A stretch of 64,000 nucleotides of DNA, taken from Candidatus Eiseniibacteriota bacterium. Its GTDB lineage: Bacteria > Eisenbacteria > RBG-16-71-46 > JABDJR01. The translations under genes and the position numbers were made by a program. Shown here piece by piece: positions 20,085 to 29,300 of this stretch. Below the pieces are notes generated by a model. That model ran no database searches and had not been told where the DNA came from. It saw only the letters and a list, made by a program, of their open reading frames with translations. Positions within the stretch are counted from its first letter, which is position 1. Each line of letters begins with the position of its first letter. The stretch lies in NCBI GenBank assembly GCA_963762255.1, contig CAVXKA010000001.1, positions 1,632,001-1,696,000 on the forward strand, in the 5' to 3' direction.

Positions 20085-21643
20085 CGAGCCCTCCGATCGT
20101 CTGCTGTGCGGGGCACGTCGAGGCCGAAGCGCTCCCATCCGCCCGCCACGTCGATCCCCTCGTCCCATCGCGGCCGGTAGAGGACGGCGGAACCGTAGCA
20201 CGGCGAATCGACGCGGAGCACGACGTCGGCGTGCGAGTTCAGGAACGGCGCCAGTTCGCGGCGAAGGCGGGCGAACTGCGGGGCCTCGGTGAGATCCTTC
20301 GACCAGATGAGATACGCGGGCCGCGCATCGTAGAGGTCACCCGCCCGAACGCGACTCACGGAGTAGAACGGGTGATCACGGAAGGGGAGCCAAGCCAGGA
20401 AGGACCCGGCCACGCTTGCGTCTTCGGGGACGGCCTCCGCCAGAGGCCGGGCCCACGCGTCGTAGTCGCACGGTCGGTTGCGCACCAAGAGCGCGGCGTC
20501 GGCCGCAAGGAGGTTCGCCAGCCAGAGCGCCGCCAACACGGCCGCGAGCCGCGGCCGAAGGCGCATCCCGACCCATGCTGCGAGCACGAAGAGGTACGGC
20601 GCGGCCAGGGTGAGATAGAGCTCGCTCTTGTTCGGCAGGCAGGCCAGGCCGGCGAGAGTGATGCCGACAATCCATCCCAGCGCCGCCGGGGCGCGAAGCC
20701 GTACCGCGGCGATCAGCGTGCCCGCCCAGAGCACGAGCGGCAACGCGAGTCGAGGCCACGCGAAATAAGCGCCATATCTGTGTAGTTCGCGTCCCCATTG
20801 GTTCCACACGGGATACGATCGTTCCCCGTGGAGGTGAGGCGCGTTCTGTCCGATGACGTTTGCGAAATCGACGGCGCGGTCTTGGAGGAAGTACATCGCG
20901 CTGGGAAGACAGAACACCACGAACACGCCAGCGGCGGCCGCCGCATCGCGCCACGCGCCGGACCAGCTCCGTCGGCGCAAGAGAAGAACGCCGCCGGCGG
21001 CGAGGACGGTCAACACACCGTTGGGGTGCGTGAGCATCGCGAGAGCGGAGGCGGCGCCGGTGATCGGACCTCGCCAGGCGCGATGAGGATTCCAGGCTGC
21101 GCTCACCGCGAGGACGTTCCATAGCGCGAGCATCGCCTCGAAACGGATCGTGCGGTGCGCCTTCCAGAGCATGGGATCGGCGGTGAATGCCAGCGCAACC
21201 GCAACGAGGAGCCATGCGCGCCGCCGCGCGCCGCCGCGATCGTCCTCGCCGCGGGATCGATTCACCGAATCCTCGGGCTCCGCAAGCACCTCGGCAGCCC
21301 ATCGCAGCAAAACGAGAAGGGTCGCGGCGCCGAGAAGCACGGACAGAAGGCGTCCGCCCAGGAGCACAGGAATACCGGCGGCGTAGACGCCCGCCAGGGC
21401 CAGGAACTGCAGAGGGGGCATCCAATAGAGGCGGTCGGAGAAGTGGAAGAGCTCCCCGCAGGAAGGGCTTCCGAGAGGTCCCCCGGCCGCCTTGACCCAT
21501 GCGGGCTCGGCGATCCATGCCTCGTCGCCCCAGACCGCCGGATACCTCTCCAGGCCGATCAGGGTGATTCCCAGGTAGACAACCACCAGGAGCAGCAAGA
21601 GGCGGTTCCAGACGGCAAGGCCACCTAACTTATTAAATAACAA
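20081..21643 (-). CDS. Polytopic membrane glycosyltransferase (ArnT/PMT-like, GT-C); start uncertain
   Basis: First TM followed by WGDE motif, GRLLS, IRFE, many TM helices. Confidence 0.75.
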   Translation of the reverse strand: MLFNKLGGLAVWNRLLLLLVVVYLGITLIGLERYPAVWGDEAWIAEPAWVKAAGGPLGSPSCGELFHFSDRLYWMPPLQFLALAGVYAAGIPVLLGGRLLSVLLGAATLLVLLRWAAEVLAEPEDSVNRSRGEDDRGGARRRAWLLVAVALAFTADPMLWKAHRTIRFEAMLALWNVLAVSAAWNPHRAWRGPITGAASALAMLTHPNGVLTVLAAGGVLLLRRRSWSGAWRDAAAAAGVFVVFCLPSAMYFLQDRAVDFANVIGQNAPHLHGERSYPVWNQWGRELHRYGAYFAWPRLALPLVLWAGTLIAAVRLRAPAALGWIVGITLAGLACLPNKSELYLTLAAPYLFVLAAWVGMRLRPRLAAVLAALWLANLLAADAALLVRNRPCDYDAWARPLAEAVPEDASVAGSFLAWLPFRDHPFYSVSRVRAGDLYDARPAYLIWSKDLTEAPQFARLRRELAPFLNSHADVVLRVDSPCYGSAVLYRPRWDEGIDVAGGWERFGLDVPRTADDRRAR

Positions 21644-21691
21644 TGTATTCCGCCAAGTTCTTCACAGCCGCGCCGATTTTTCGTTTAGGCG

Positions 21692-21720
21692 TTGACTCTG
21701 TGCCGTTCACGACTTAACCT
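21692..21720 (+). promoter_or_regulatory. Putative sigma70 promoter of the dcw cluster
   Basis: TTGACT-N17-TAACCT about 100 nt upstream of mraZ. Confidence 0.6.
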
Positions 21721-21822
21721 CCGGTGGAGATCGCCCCCAACCCTGAACCAATGTGTCCCATATAAGGGGAGGGCGAGCCCAACCAAGGCCGCACCGGCGG
21801 CCGGAACTCGTGGGGATGGCCG

Positions 21823-22413
21823 GTGGACTCGAACACCAACAAGCCTGAAGCCTCCTTCGTCAACGCACAGGAATGCGGCGTCGATGAGAAGCGCAGGTTC
21901 AGCCTGCCTCCCCGCTACCGGCCGCTCTTCAGCCAACTCGAAACACCCTCGGGCTATTCCTACAAGGTGGTCATGCTCCCCTGGTACGGCGGCCCGATCA
22001 TGGTGATCCCGCTGGAGACCTGGAAGCGGATGGAAGCCCGGATTCTGCGGCTGGACTTTACCACTCCCGATTTCCTCGATGCCAAGAGGCAGTTCTTTTC
22101 GCGTGTCGAGTACACGCATACCGACCCGGAAGGGCGCCTGACCCTGACGACGTGCCACTACGGATGGCTGCGTCTCAATCCGAAGGGGAAGGACCGGGTC
22201 ATGGCGGTGGGGGTAGGGAGCCATCTCGAAATCTGGAACGCGACGGAATGGGATCAGGTGGAGAGCACCGGTCGCAACATGGTCGCGCGTCCCGCTTCCG
22301 AGATTCAGTACGACAAGCTGTTGGAAGAGTTGATGCGGGCGGCTCCGTCGGAGGAACCGGCATCGAAGCCCCTCGAAGGGGGCGCGCCCGCCGAAGGGGG
22401 ACCGAAACCCTGA
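21823..22413 (+). CDS. mraZ: MraZ transcriptional regulator (divergent)
   Basis: Two AbrB-like repeats (VDEKRRFSLP, TDPEGRLTL), GVGSHLEIWN; first gene of the dcw cluster. Confidence 0.85.
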   Translation: MDSNTNKPEASFVNAQECGVDEKRRFSLPPRYRPLFSQLETPSGYSYKVVMLPWYGGPIMVIPLETWKRMEARILRLDFTTPDFLDAKRQFFSRVEYTHTDPEGRLTLTTCHYGWLRLNPKGKDRVMAVGVGSHLEIWNATEWDQVESTGRNMVARPASEIQYDKLLEELMRAAPSEEPASKPLEGGAPAEGGPKP

Positions 22414-22420
22414 TCGTTTG

Positions 22421-22634
22421 AGGCGTCTCATCCCGCGGCCGAGCCCTGCTGGAGGGCATGGGGTAGGCCCAAGGTGAGACGCCACCGTGTTCGGGTCCGT
22501 CGCCCCGTGGCAACCAACCGCGCAGGGGGTCGCGGGGCGGACGGACCCGGTTCGAAGCTGCATCACCCTGGCACGAAGCCGCGAAGGCGCGCAGGGATCA
22601 CGGGCTACTGGACGGGCCCGGGATCCCGGGCCCG
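22421..22634 (+). other. Highly structured intergenic segment (candidate cis-regulatory RNA)
   Basis: Stems GGCGTCTCA/TGAGACGCC and CGGGTCCGTC/GACGGACCCG with an inner stem, and a perfect 22-bp palindrome at 22613-22634. Confidence 0.4.
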
Positions 22635-22676
22635 CACCGGCGGGACGTGGTTTCGCCGGGGCACCAAGGAGGAAAC

Positions 22677-23078
22677 ATGCTACGGGTCGACCGGTCCGAT
22701 GAAGGGCGCATCTGTCTGCTGAGTTTGGAGGGCAATCTCGGCAGTTCCGATCTGGTGAATCTTGCCGAGCGTCTTCGTGGACTGGCCGCCCGCGGCGTGT
22801 TGCGAGTCGTAGTGGATCTGCGGCAGGTGGAGCATTGGGACTACCGAGGCCTGGCCAGCCTGGCGGAGGCGGTGGATTACCGCCGCAGCGCCGGGGCGGT
22901 GACGGCATTCATTGCGCCTCGGGGGTACCTGCGCGACATCGCGGCCGCAGCCAACGTGCTGGATCGGCTGGACCTGTACGACGATTTGAGGCTGGAAACG
23001 GAAGCGGAGACGATCCCGTTGAAGGTGGTGGAACTGGTGCCGCAAGAGACCGGATTCCGCCGCGCTTCCGGCCTCTGA
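22677..23078 (+). CDS. STAS domain protein (anti-sigma factor antagonist-like)
   Basis: AAGGAGG RBS; LSLEGNL...VVVDLRQVEHWDYRGLASL matches the STAS vvlDlsgv.fiDSsGl pattern. Confidence 0.8.
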   Translation: MLRVDRSDEGRICLLSLEGNLGSSDLVNLAERLRGLAARGVLRVVVDLRQVEHWDYRGLASLAEAVDYRRSAGAVTAFIAPRGYLRDIAAAANVLDRLDLYDDLRLETEAETIPLKVVELVPQETGFRRASGL

Positions 23079-23088
23079 CGGCGCTGCC

Positions 23089-24006
23089 GTGCGCGAGTCC
23101 TCGTATCACGAGCCCGTGCTCGTGGAAGAGGCGCTCGGCACCTGGGTCGATGATCCTCACGGACGGTATCTCGACGGAACGATCGGCGGCGGGGGGCACG
23201 CCGAGGCACTTCTCGTACGCCATCCCCATGCCGAACTGATCGGTCTCGATCGGGATCCGGCCGCTCTCGAGGAATCGTCCCGGCGGCTGGCCCGGTACGG
23301 AACGCGAGTTCGGCTGGAGCGGGCGGACTTCGCGGACATCGAGGAGGTTCTCCGGCGCCTGGGCGGGCCGGAGATTCGAGGCATCCTTCTCGACCTGGGC
23401 GTATCGAGCCACCAGCTCGACGATGTCCGGCGCGGCTTCTCGTATCTGGCCGACGGCCCCCTCCGATTGGTGTTGGATCGTGACGCAACCACAGGGGCGG
23501 CCGAATATCTGGCCGCGGTCGAGGAGGGCGAGTTGAGGCGGGTCTTCGCGGAGCTGGGGGAGCTCCCCGGGGCGGGGCGTGCCGCGCGTGCGGTCGCCGC
23601 CGCACGGGAACGCGCTCCGATCATGACCACGGCTCATCTCGTGCGTGCGCTGCGCGAAGGCGGAGTGCAGAGCCCCCGGCGTCTCTCTCAGGCTTTTCAG
23701 GCGCTTCGTCTCGCCGTTAACGACGAACTCGGTTCGCTCGAGCGCGGCCTCGTCGCCGCGTCCCGCGTCCTTCCCGCCGGCGGAACCCTCACCGTCATCG
23801 CGTTCGAGAGTCTCACGGACCGCATGGTGAAGCAGACCTTTCGTCCGCCCCGCCGCGAGCGCCCGCTCCCCGGAGTCCCCGACCCCGAGCCGGACTGGGA
23901 GCTCCTGACCCGCCGCGCGGTGCGCCCGAGTGCCGATGAGACCGCCCGCAACCCCCGCGCGCGCAGCGCCCGTCTACGCGCGGCAAGGAGACTCGCTCAT
24001 GCTTAG
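23089..24006 (+). CDS. rsmH: 16S rRNA m4C1402 methyltransferase
   Basis: HEPVL, DGTIGGGGH, DLGVSSHQLD, FQALRLAVNDE, NPRARSARLR. Confidence 0.95.
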   Translation: MRESSYHEPVLVEEALGTWVDDPHGRYLDGTIGGGGHAEALLVRHPHAELIGLDRDPAALEESSRRLARYGTRVRLERADFADIEEVLRRLGGPEIRGILLDLGVSSHQLDDVRRGFSYLADGPLRLVLDRDATTGAAEYLAAVEEGELRRVFAELGELPGAGRAARAVAAARERAPIMTTAHLVRALREGGVQSPRRLSQAFQALRLAVNDELGSLERGLVAASRVLPAGGTLTVIAFESLTDRMVKQTFRPPRRERPLPGVPDPEPDWELLTRRAVRPSADETARNPRARSARLRAARRLAHA

Positions 24007-24395
24007 AGCTTCGCAGGTCCGGTCGCGCCGGCTCCTCCAACCCGCGCGTGCGAGTGCATCCGATCGTGGCGTACGGACTTCTCGCCTTCGGTCTCCTGCT
24101 GGCCTTCATGTGGGAGCAGGCGTCGGTGGATCACCTGCTCATCAGGTTGGAGCGCGCGAAGGCGGAGCGGCGCAACCTGGAGAGCCGCGTGGCGGCGCTG
24201 AGCGTGCAGGCCGACGATCTCTCGAGCCTCGTGCAGGTGGAGGAGCGCGCCGTCCGAGAACTCGGCCTGCGGCGCCCCGCAACCGATGAAATCGTCGAGC
24301 TTCAGTTCGCGGAACCCCCGAGCGGCGAGCACTTCGCCCTCGGCAAGATCGTCCCCGACGCCGACGCGCGGACCCGGAAAGGGCAGCAGGACTGA
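23999..24395 (+). CDS. ftsL: Cell division protein FtsL (RBS-bearing ATG 23999 is out of frame with the body, which opens at GTG 24048)
   Basis: Position between rsmH and ftsI; single TM, then coiled coil and LSSLVQVEERAVRELGL motif. Confidence 0.75.
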
Positions 24396-26437
24396 TGACC
24401 GGCCGTGCGGCGGAGTCCCGGCTGCGGCTCGTGGCCGTGGTGTGCCTGCTGCCGCTCGCGCTGGTGCTCGCCCGGACCGTGTGGCTCACCCTCGTCCGCG
24501 GCGACGAGCTCCGCCGGCGCGCCGACACTCAGCACCTGTATCGCGCCTATCAGCCGGCACAGCGCGGAAGCGTCCGTGACCGGGACGGCAACGACCTCGC
24601 GGTGACGGTGTACAACCAATCGGTGGTTGCCAACCCCAGGCTGGTGAAGGACCCGAAAGCCACCGCGCACATTCTGGCCGCGGCTCTCGATCTGCCGGTC
24701 TCGCAGGTGGAAAGCAAGTTGCGCAGCCTCAAGGGCGAGGTGTACATCCAGCGCACGTTCACCCCCAGCCTGGACCGGCGCGTGGATCTCTCCTCGCTTC
24801 CCGGCGTGTTCGAGCGTCTGGAGTTGAAGCGCGTGTATCCCCGAGGGGAGCTCGCCTCGCACGTCGTCGGCTTCGTGGACGCGGCGGGAATCGGGCAGGC
24901 CGGGATCGAAAAGGAGTACGAGGCCCTGCTCAAAGGGAAACCCGGCTGGGCCACTCAGCTTCGCGACGGGAACGGCGACGTCATTCAAGCCCTCGGCAAG
25001 CACCACAAGCCCTCGCAGTCGGGTTGCGACATCACGCTCACCATCGATTCGGCGCTTCAAGACGTGGGCGCCTCCGAGTTGAAGAAGCAAGCGGAAGCGC
25101 TCCATGCCAAGGGCGGGGTCTTCGTGGCGGTGGATCCGCGCACCGGCGAGATCCTTGCCATGGCCTCGTGGCCCAGCTTCGACCCCGAGCGGATGAACGC
25201 CCAAGACCGCGGCGCGATCCGCAATCGCATCGTGACCGATCCCTACGAGCCGGGCTCCACGTTCAAGGTCGTCGCCACGGTCGCCGCGCTCAAAGAGAAG
25301 CTGCTCGAGCCGGGCACTCCCATCCACTGCGAAATGGGGCGCTACTCCTTGGATGGCGCGGTCTTCACCGATCACCATCCCTACGGCACCATGACCTTTC
25401 AGGACTGCTTCGCGCACAGCAGCAATATTGCATTCGCCAAGGTGGGCAAACGCTGCGGTCCCGCGCTCTACGAAACCGCGCGCGCGCTCGGCTTCGGCGT
25501 TCCGACCGGAGTGGGCCTTCCCGGCGAATCGTCCGGGCTTCTCTACCCGCCGCGCCGCTGGTCCGGCCGCACCGCGCCCACCATGGCCATCGGCTACGAA
25601 GTGATGGTGACGCCGCTGCAGCTCGCCATGGCCTACGCCGCCGTCGCCAACGACGGCGTGCTCATGCGCCCCCAACTCATCCGAAGCATCACCGACTCCG
25701 ACGGACGCACGGTGTTCCGCAGCAGGCCCGAGCCGGTGCGCCGCGTGATGGAGCCCTCGGTGGCCCGCACCGTGCGCGCCTTCATGCGCCGGGTGATGAC
25801 CGACGGGACCGGCAAGTCGGCGAACCTGGATTGGGTCGAGGCGGGGGGAAAGACCGGCACCGCCGAGAAGCTCGTGGACGGCCACTACTCGGGCAACAAG
25901 CACTACGCCTCATTCGTGGGGATCGCCCCCTACAACGACCCCGAAATCGTTTGCATGATCCTCATCGACGAGCCGCAGGGGTTCACGTTCGGCGCCTCGG
26001 CCGCGGCGCCTGTGTTCAAGGAAGTGCTGGAGGCGGTCAGCCGTTTGCGCGGCGCCCGCCTGCGGCCCGACTACGCGACGATGATGGTGGGAGAGCCTCC
26101 CGCGAACGCGAAGGGACTCGAACTGGCCTCGGTGGAGGCCGACGAGGGGAGCCCCGAGTTCCCGCCCACTCCCTCGCCGGAAGGGGGCGTTCCCGACGTG
26201 CGCGGCCAGTCGCTGCGCCAGGCGCTCTGGACGTTGCAGATCAATGGTATGCGGGCCGACGTCACCGGGACCGGCGTCGTGGTGCGGCAGGATCCCGCAC
26301 CGGGCACCGACAGCACGACGACGGTGGCCCTGGAGTGCGCGCTCCCGCCGGCCCAAGTCGAGGATGACGAGGATGATCGGGGGGGTGAGGGCCAGGCGAT
26401 GCTCGCCTCGGCCGGTCGGGCGGGGAAGCGGCAGTAG
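24395..26437 (+). CDS. ftsI: Class B penicillin-binding protein with PASTA domain
   Basis: RGSVRDR, YEPGSTFK (SxxK), SSN, KTGT, VPDVRGQSL PASTA. Confidence 0.95.
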   Translation: MTGRAAESRLRLVAVVCLLPLALVLARTVWLTLVRGDELRRRADTQHLYRAYQPAQRGSVRDRDGNDLAVTVYNQSVVANPRLVKDPKATAHILAAALDLPVSQVESKLRSLKGEVYIQRTFTPSLDRRVDLSSLPGVFERLELKRVYPRGELASHVVGFVDAAGIGQAGIEKEYEALLKGKPGWATQLRDGNGDVIQALGKHHKPSQSGCDITLTIDSALQDVGASELKKQAEALHAKGGVFVAVDPRTGEILAMASWPSFDPERMNAQDRGAIRNRIVTDPYEPGSTFKVVATVAALKEKLLEPGTPIHCEMGRYSLDGAVFTDHHPYGTMTFQDCFAHSSNIAFAKVGKRCGPALYETARALGFGVPTGVGLPGESSGLLYPPRRWSGRTAPTMAIGYEVMVTPLQLAMAYAAVANDGVLMRPQLIRSITDSDGRTVFRSRPEPVRRVMEPSVARTVRAFMRRVMTDGTGKSANLDWVEAGGKTGTAEKLVDGHYSGNKHYASFVGIAPYNDPEIVCMILIDEPQGFTFGASAAAPVFKEVLEAVSRLRGARLRPDYATMMVGEPPANAKGLELASVEADEGSPEFPPTPSPEGGVPDVRGQSLRQALWTLQINGMRADVTGTGVVVRQDPAPGTDSTTTVALECALPPAQVEDDEDDRGGEGQAMLASAGRAGKRQ

Positions 26438-26440
26438 GAC

Positions 26441-27934
26441 ATGACCCTCGAGAGCTTGCTCCGGGTGCTTCCCGAATTCGAGCTGCGGGGGCCGGCGGAT
26501 TTCGAGATACGGTCGATCGAGCTGGACTCACGGCGGGTCGGCGGTGGGGCGCTGTTTGTCTGTCTGGAAGGGCTGGCCAGTGACGGGCATGACTTCGCCG
26601 CCGCCGCCGTGAACCAGGGTGCCGTCGCCCTTCTGGCGCGGCGCCCGGTGGGCGCGGCCGCGACCCAGGTTCTCGTGCGGGACACGCGCGAGGCCATGGC
26701 GCGGCTCGCGGTCGCCTTGTACGGCTTTCCATCGCGCTCCTTGCGGTTGGTCGGCGTTACCGGCACCAACGGCAAGACGACGTTGACCCACATCGTGAAG
26801 GGTCTCGCCGAGGAAGCGGGGGAGCCGGCGGAAGTGATGGGAACGCTCGGGAGTTCTTCCAAGGGGGGATACCGGTCCACCGGGTTCACCACCCCGGAGG
26901 CGCCCGAGTTGCAGCGGCTTCTTCGCGAGGCGGCGGATCGCGGCACGCGGTGGATCGCGATGGAGGTCTCGAGCCACGCGCTCGCACAGAAGCGCACGTT
27001 CGGAACGGATTTCGCCGCGGTGGTGTTCACGAATCTGACGCGGGACCACCTCGACTTTCACGGGGACATGCAGGCTTACTTCGAGGCTAAGGCCCTGCTC
27101 TTCGACCGCGCGCATCGCGGCTCGGAGCGGGAGGCGGTGGCGGTGATCAACTTCGAGGGCGCGGCGGGACGCGAGTTGGCGCGGCGCGCCACCGGGAAGG
27201 TGGCGAGCTACGGCCTTTCGTCCGGCGTCGACTATCGCGCCGAAAACGTGCGGTCGGGAGCCGGCGGGACGCTGTACTCGCTGGTCACGCCGCAGGGCTC
27301 CCGCGAAGTCCGGCTGCCGCTGCTCGGCGGCTTCAACGTGCTGAACGCTCTGGGCGCCCAAGCGGCGGTGATGGAAGCCGGCCTCCCGCTCGATGCGGCG
27401 GCGGCCGGAGTGCGCCGGGTGCCCCAGGTGCGGGGCCGGATGGAAGCGGTGCGAGGGACGCAGCCGTTCCTGGTGCTGATCGACTACGCGCACACTCCGG
27501 ACGCCCTCGCCCACGCGCTGGAGACCACGCGCGGCCTCGTCGGGGGTCGGCTGACCGTGGTGTTCGGCTGCGGCGGGGACCGCGATCGCGGCAAACGGCC
27601 GGAGATGGGAGCGGTCGCGGCGCGGCTCGCCGATCGCGTCCTTGTCACCTCCGACAACCCGCGCCACGAAGACCCGCAGGCGATCGTCGACGCGATCCTC
27701 CCGGGCGCCCGCCAGGGATCCGCCGAGGTATGGATCGAACTCGACCGCGAAACCGCGATCCGCCGCGCGTTGGTGGCCTCCGATTCGGGGGACGCGGTGC
27801 TGATCGCCGGCAAAGGACACGAGGACTATCAGATCGTCGGGGACGAGAAGCGGCCTTTTGACGACCGCGAGGTGGCCGCGCGGCTCCTCGGCGAGATTGG
27901 GTTTCATGCTGATGACGCATCCGCAGGCGTTTGA
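26441..27934 (+). CDS. murE: UDP-N-acetylmuramoyl-L-alanyl-D-glutamate--2,6-diaminopimelate ligase
   Basis: GTNGKTT, MEVSSH, DYAHTPD, DNPR (meso-DAP specificity), AGKGHE. Confidence 0.97.
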   Translation: MTLESLLRVLPEFELRGPADFEIRSIELDSRRVGGGALFVCLEGLASDGHDFAAAAVNQGAVALLARRPVGAAATQVLVRDTREAMARLAVALYGFPSRSLRLVGVTGTNGKTTLTHIVKGLAEEAGEPAEVMGTLGSSSKGGYRSTGFTTPEAPELQRLLREAADRGTRWIAMEVSSHALAQKRTFGTDFAAVVFTNLTRDHLDFHGDMQAYFEAKALLFDRAHRGSEREAVAVINFEGAAGRELARRATGKVASYGLSSGVDYRAENVRSGAGGTLYSLVTPQGSREVRLPLLGGFNVLNALGAQAAVMEAGLPLDAAAAGVRRVPQVRGRMEAVRGTQPFLVLIDYAHTPDALAHALETTRGLVGGRLTVVFGCGGDRDRGKRPEMGAVAARLADRVLVTSDNPRHEDPQAIVDAILPGARQGSAEVWIELDRETAIRRALVASDSGDAVLIAGKGHEDYQIVGDEKRPFDDREVAARLLGEIGFHADDASAGV

Positions 27935-29300
27935 CCGCGCCTTCATCGCGAGCGCCGCTACGGGAACGCCGGTAGGCGAGCCCGGGGGAAGTCGCGTCGT
28001 GACCGACTCGCGCGCCGACGTGACCGGGGCGCTCTTCGTTGCGCTGGCCGGGGAGCGATTCGACGGCCATGACTTCGTCGAGGACGTCCTCGCACGCGGC
28101 GCGACGGGTGCGGTGGTTTCGGCTTCATGGTGGGGAACGCGGGGAAGCGGGCGGTTCACGAACCTCTTCGTGGTGCCCGACACGTTGCTGGCCCTGCACG
28201 CGCTCGCCCTCGCCCATCGCGCCCGGTTCACGCTTCCGGTGGCCGCGGTCACCGGCTCCAACGGCAAGACATCGACCAAGGAACTCCTGGCCGCCGCGTT
28301 GTCCCCCCTGGGCTCCGTGCTCAAGACGCAGGGGAACCTCAACAACCACATCGGCGTGCCTCTCACGCTGCTCGGCCTGCGAGCGGAGCACCGAGCCGCT
28401 GCGGTGGAAATGGGCCTCAACCACCCCGGTGAACTGCGCACCCTCTCCGCGCTCGCCCGGCCGCGCGCGGCGATCATCACCAACGTCCAGGCCGCGCATC
28501 TCGAGGGGCTGGGCACCCTCGATGGGGTCGCGCGCGCCAAAGCGGAGATTGTGGAAGGGTTCGAACCCGGCGGCGTTCTCGTGCTTCCCCACGGCCACGC
28601 GAGCCTCGACACTGCGCTGGCCGCGTATCGGGGACGCCGCCTCACCTTCGGTCTCGCGTCCGACGCCGACATTCACCCCGTTCACGTAGACGACCGCGGT
28701 CTCGACGGCGTGGCGGTCGTGCTGCCCGGCGGCGCGCGCGTGGAGACCGCGCTGGCGGGACGGCACGTCGTGCTGAACCTTCTCGCCGCGCTGGCCGCCG
28801 CGCAGGTTCTCGGCGTGTCACCCGCCGAGGCCGCTCCCGCCATCGCCGGCGTCAAGGCGGTGAAGGGGCGCCTCTGCCCGCGCCGCGCCGGAGGCGTCGT
28901 CGTGCTCGACGACAGCTACAACGCCAACCCCGCAAGCCTGGCCGCCGCCCTCGACACGTTGCGCAGCGCGCGAATCGACGGGCGACGCTGGGCAATCCTC
29001 GGCACCATGCGGGAGCTGGGCCCCGAGGAGGCGGCGCTCCACCGCGAGGCGGGCGCGGGCGCGGCTTTCGTGGACGGCCTCGTCGTGGTGGGCGAACTCG
29101 GGCGCGCTTTGGGCAAAGGCGCGGTGGCGGCGGGTCTCGATCGCGCGCGCGTACGCGAGGCCGCGGACGGCGCCCGGGCCGCGGCGATGCTCCTGCCCGA
29201 CCTCCGCCCGGGGGACGCGGTGCTGGTGAAGGCGAGCCGGACCACCCGGCTCGATACCGCGGTGGAGGCCCTGATCGCGGGGCTCGGGGGAGAGGGCTGA
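27906..29300 (+). CDS. murF: UDP-N-acetylmuramoyl-tripeptide--D-alanyl-D-alanine ligase
   Basis: GSNGKTSTKE, NLNNHIGVP, DDSYNANP, LVKASR. Confidence 0.95.
   Translation: MLMTHPQAFDRAFIASAATGTPVGEPGGSRVVTDSRADVTGALFVALAGERFDGHDFVEDVLARGATGAVVSASWWGTRGSGRFTNLFVVPDTLLALHALALAHRARFTLPVAAVTGSNGKTSTKELLAAALSPLGSVLKTQGNLNNHIGVPLTLLGLRAEHRAAAVEMGLNHPGELRTLSALARPRAAIITNVQAAHLEGLGTLDGVARAKAEIVEGFEPGGVLVLPHGHASLDTALAAYRGRRLTFGLASDADIHPVHVDDRGLDGVAVVLPGGARVETALAGRHVVLNLLAALAAAQVLGVSPAEAAPAIAGVKAVKGRLCPRRAGGVVVLDDSYNANPASLAAALDTLRSARIDGRRWAILGTMRELGPEEAALHREAGAGAAFVDGLVVVGELGRALGKGAVAAGLDRARVREAADGARAAAMLLPDLRPGDAVLVKASRTTRLDTAVEALIAGLGGEG

Noticed and set aside
21720-21830. Possible MraZ-binding GTGG[GA] boxes upstream of mraZ
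   Set aside because: Only scattered GTGG matches without the regular 10-nt spacing of known MraZ boxes.
22568-22585. CTGGCACG sigma54-like -24 element before the STAS gene
   Set aside because: GG to GC spacing is 9 rather than 10 and there is no TTGC.
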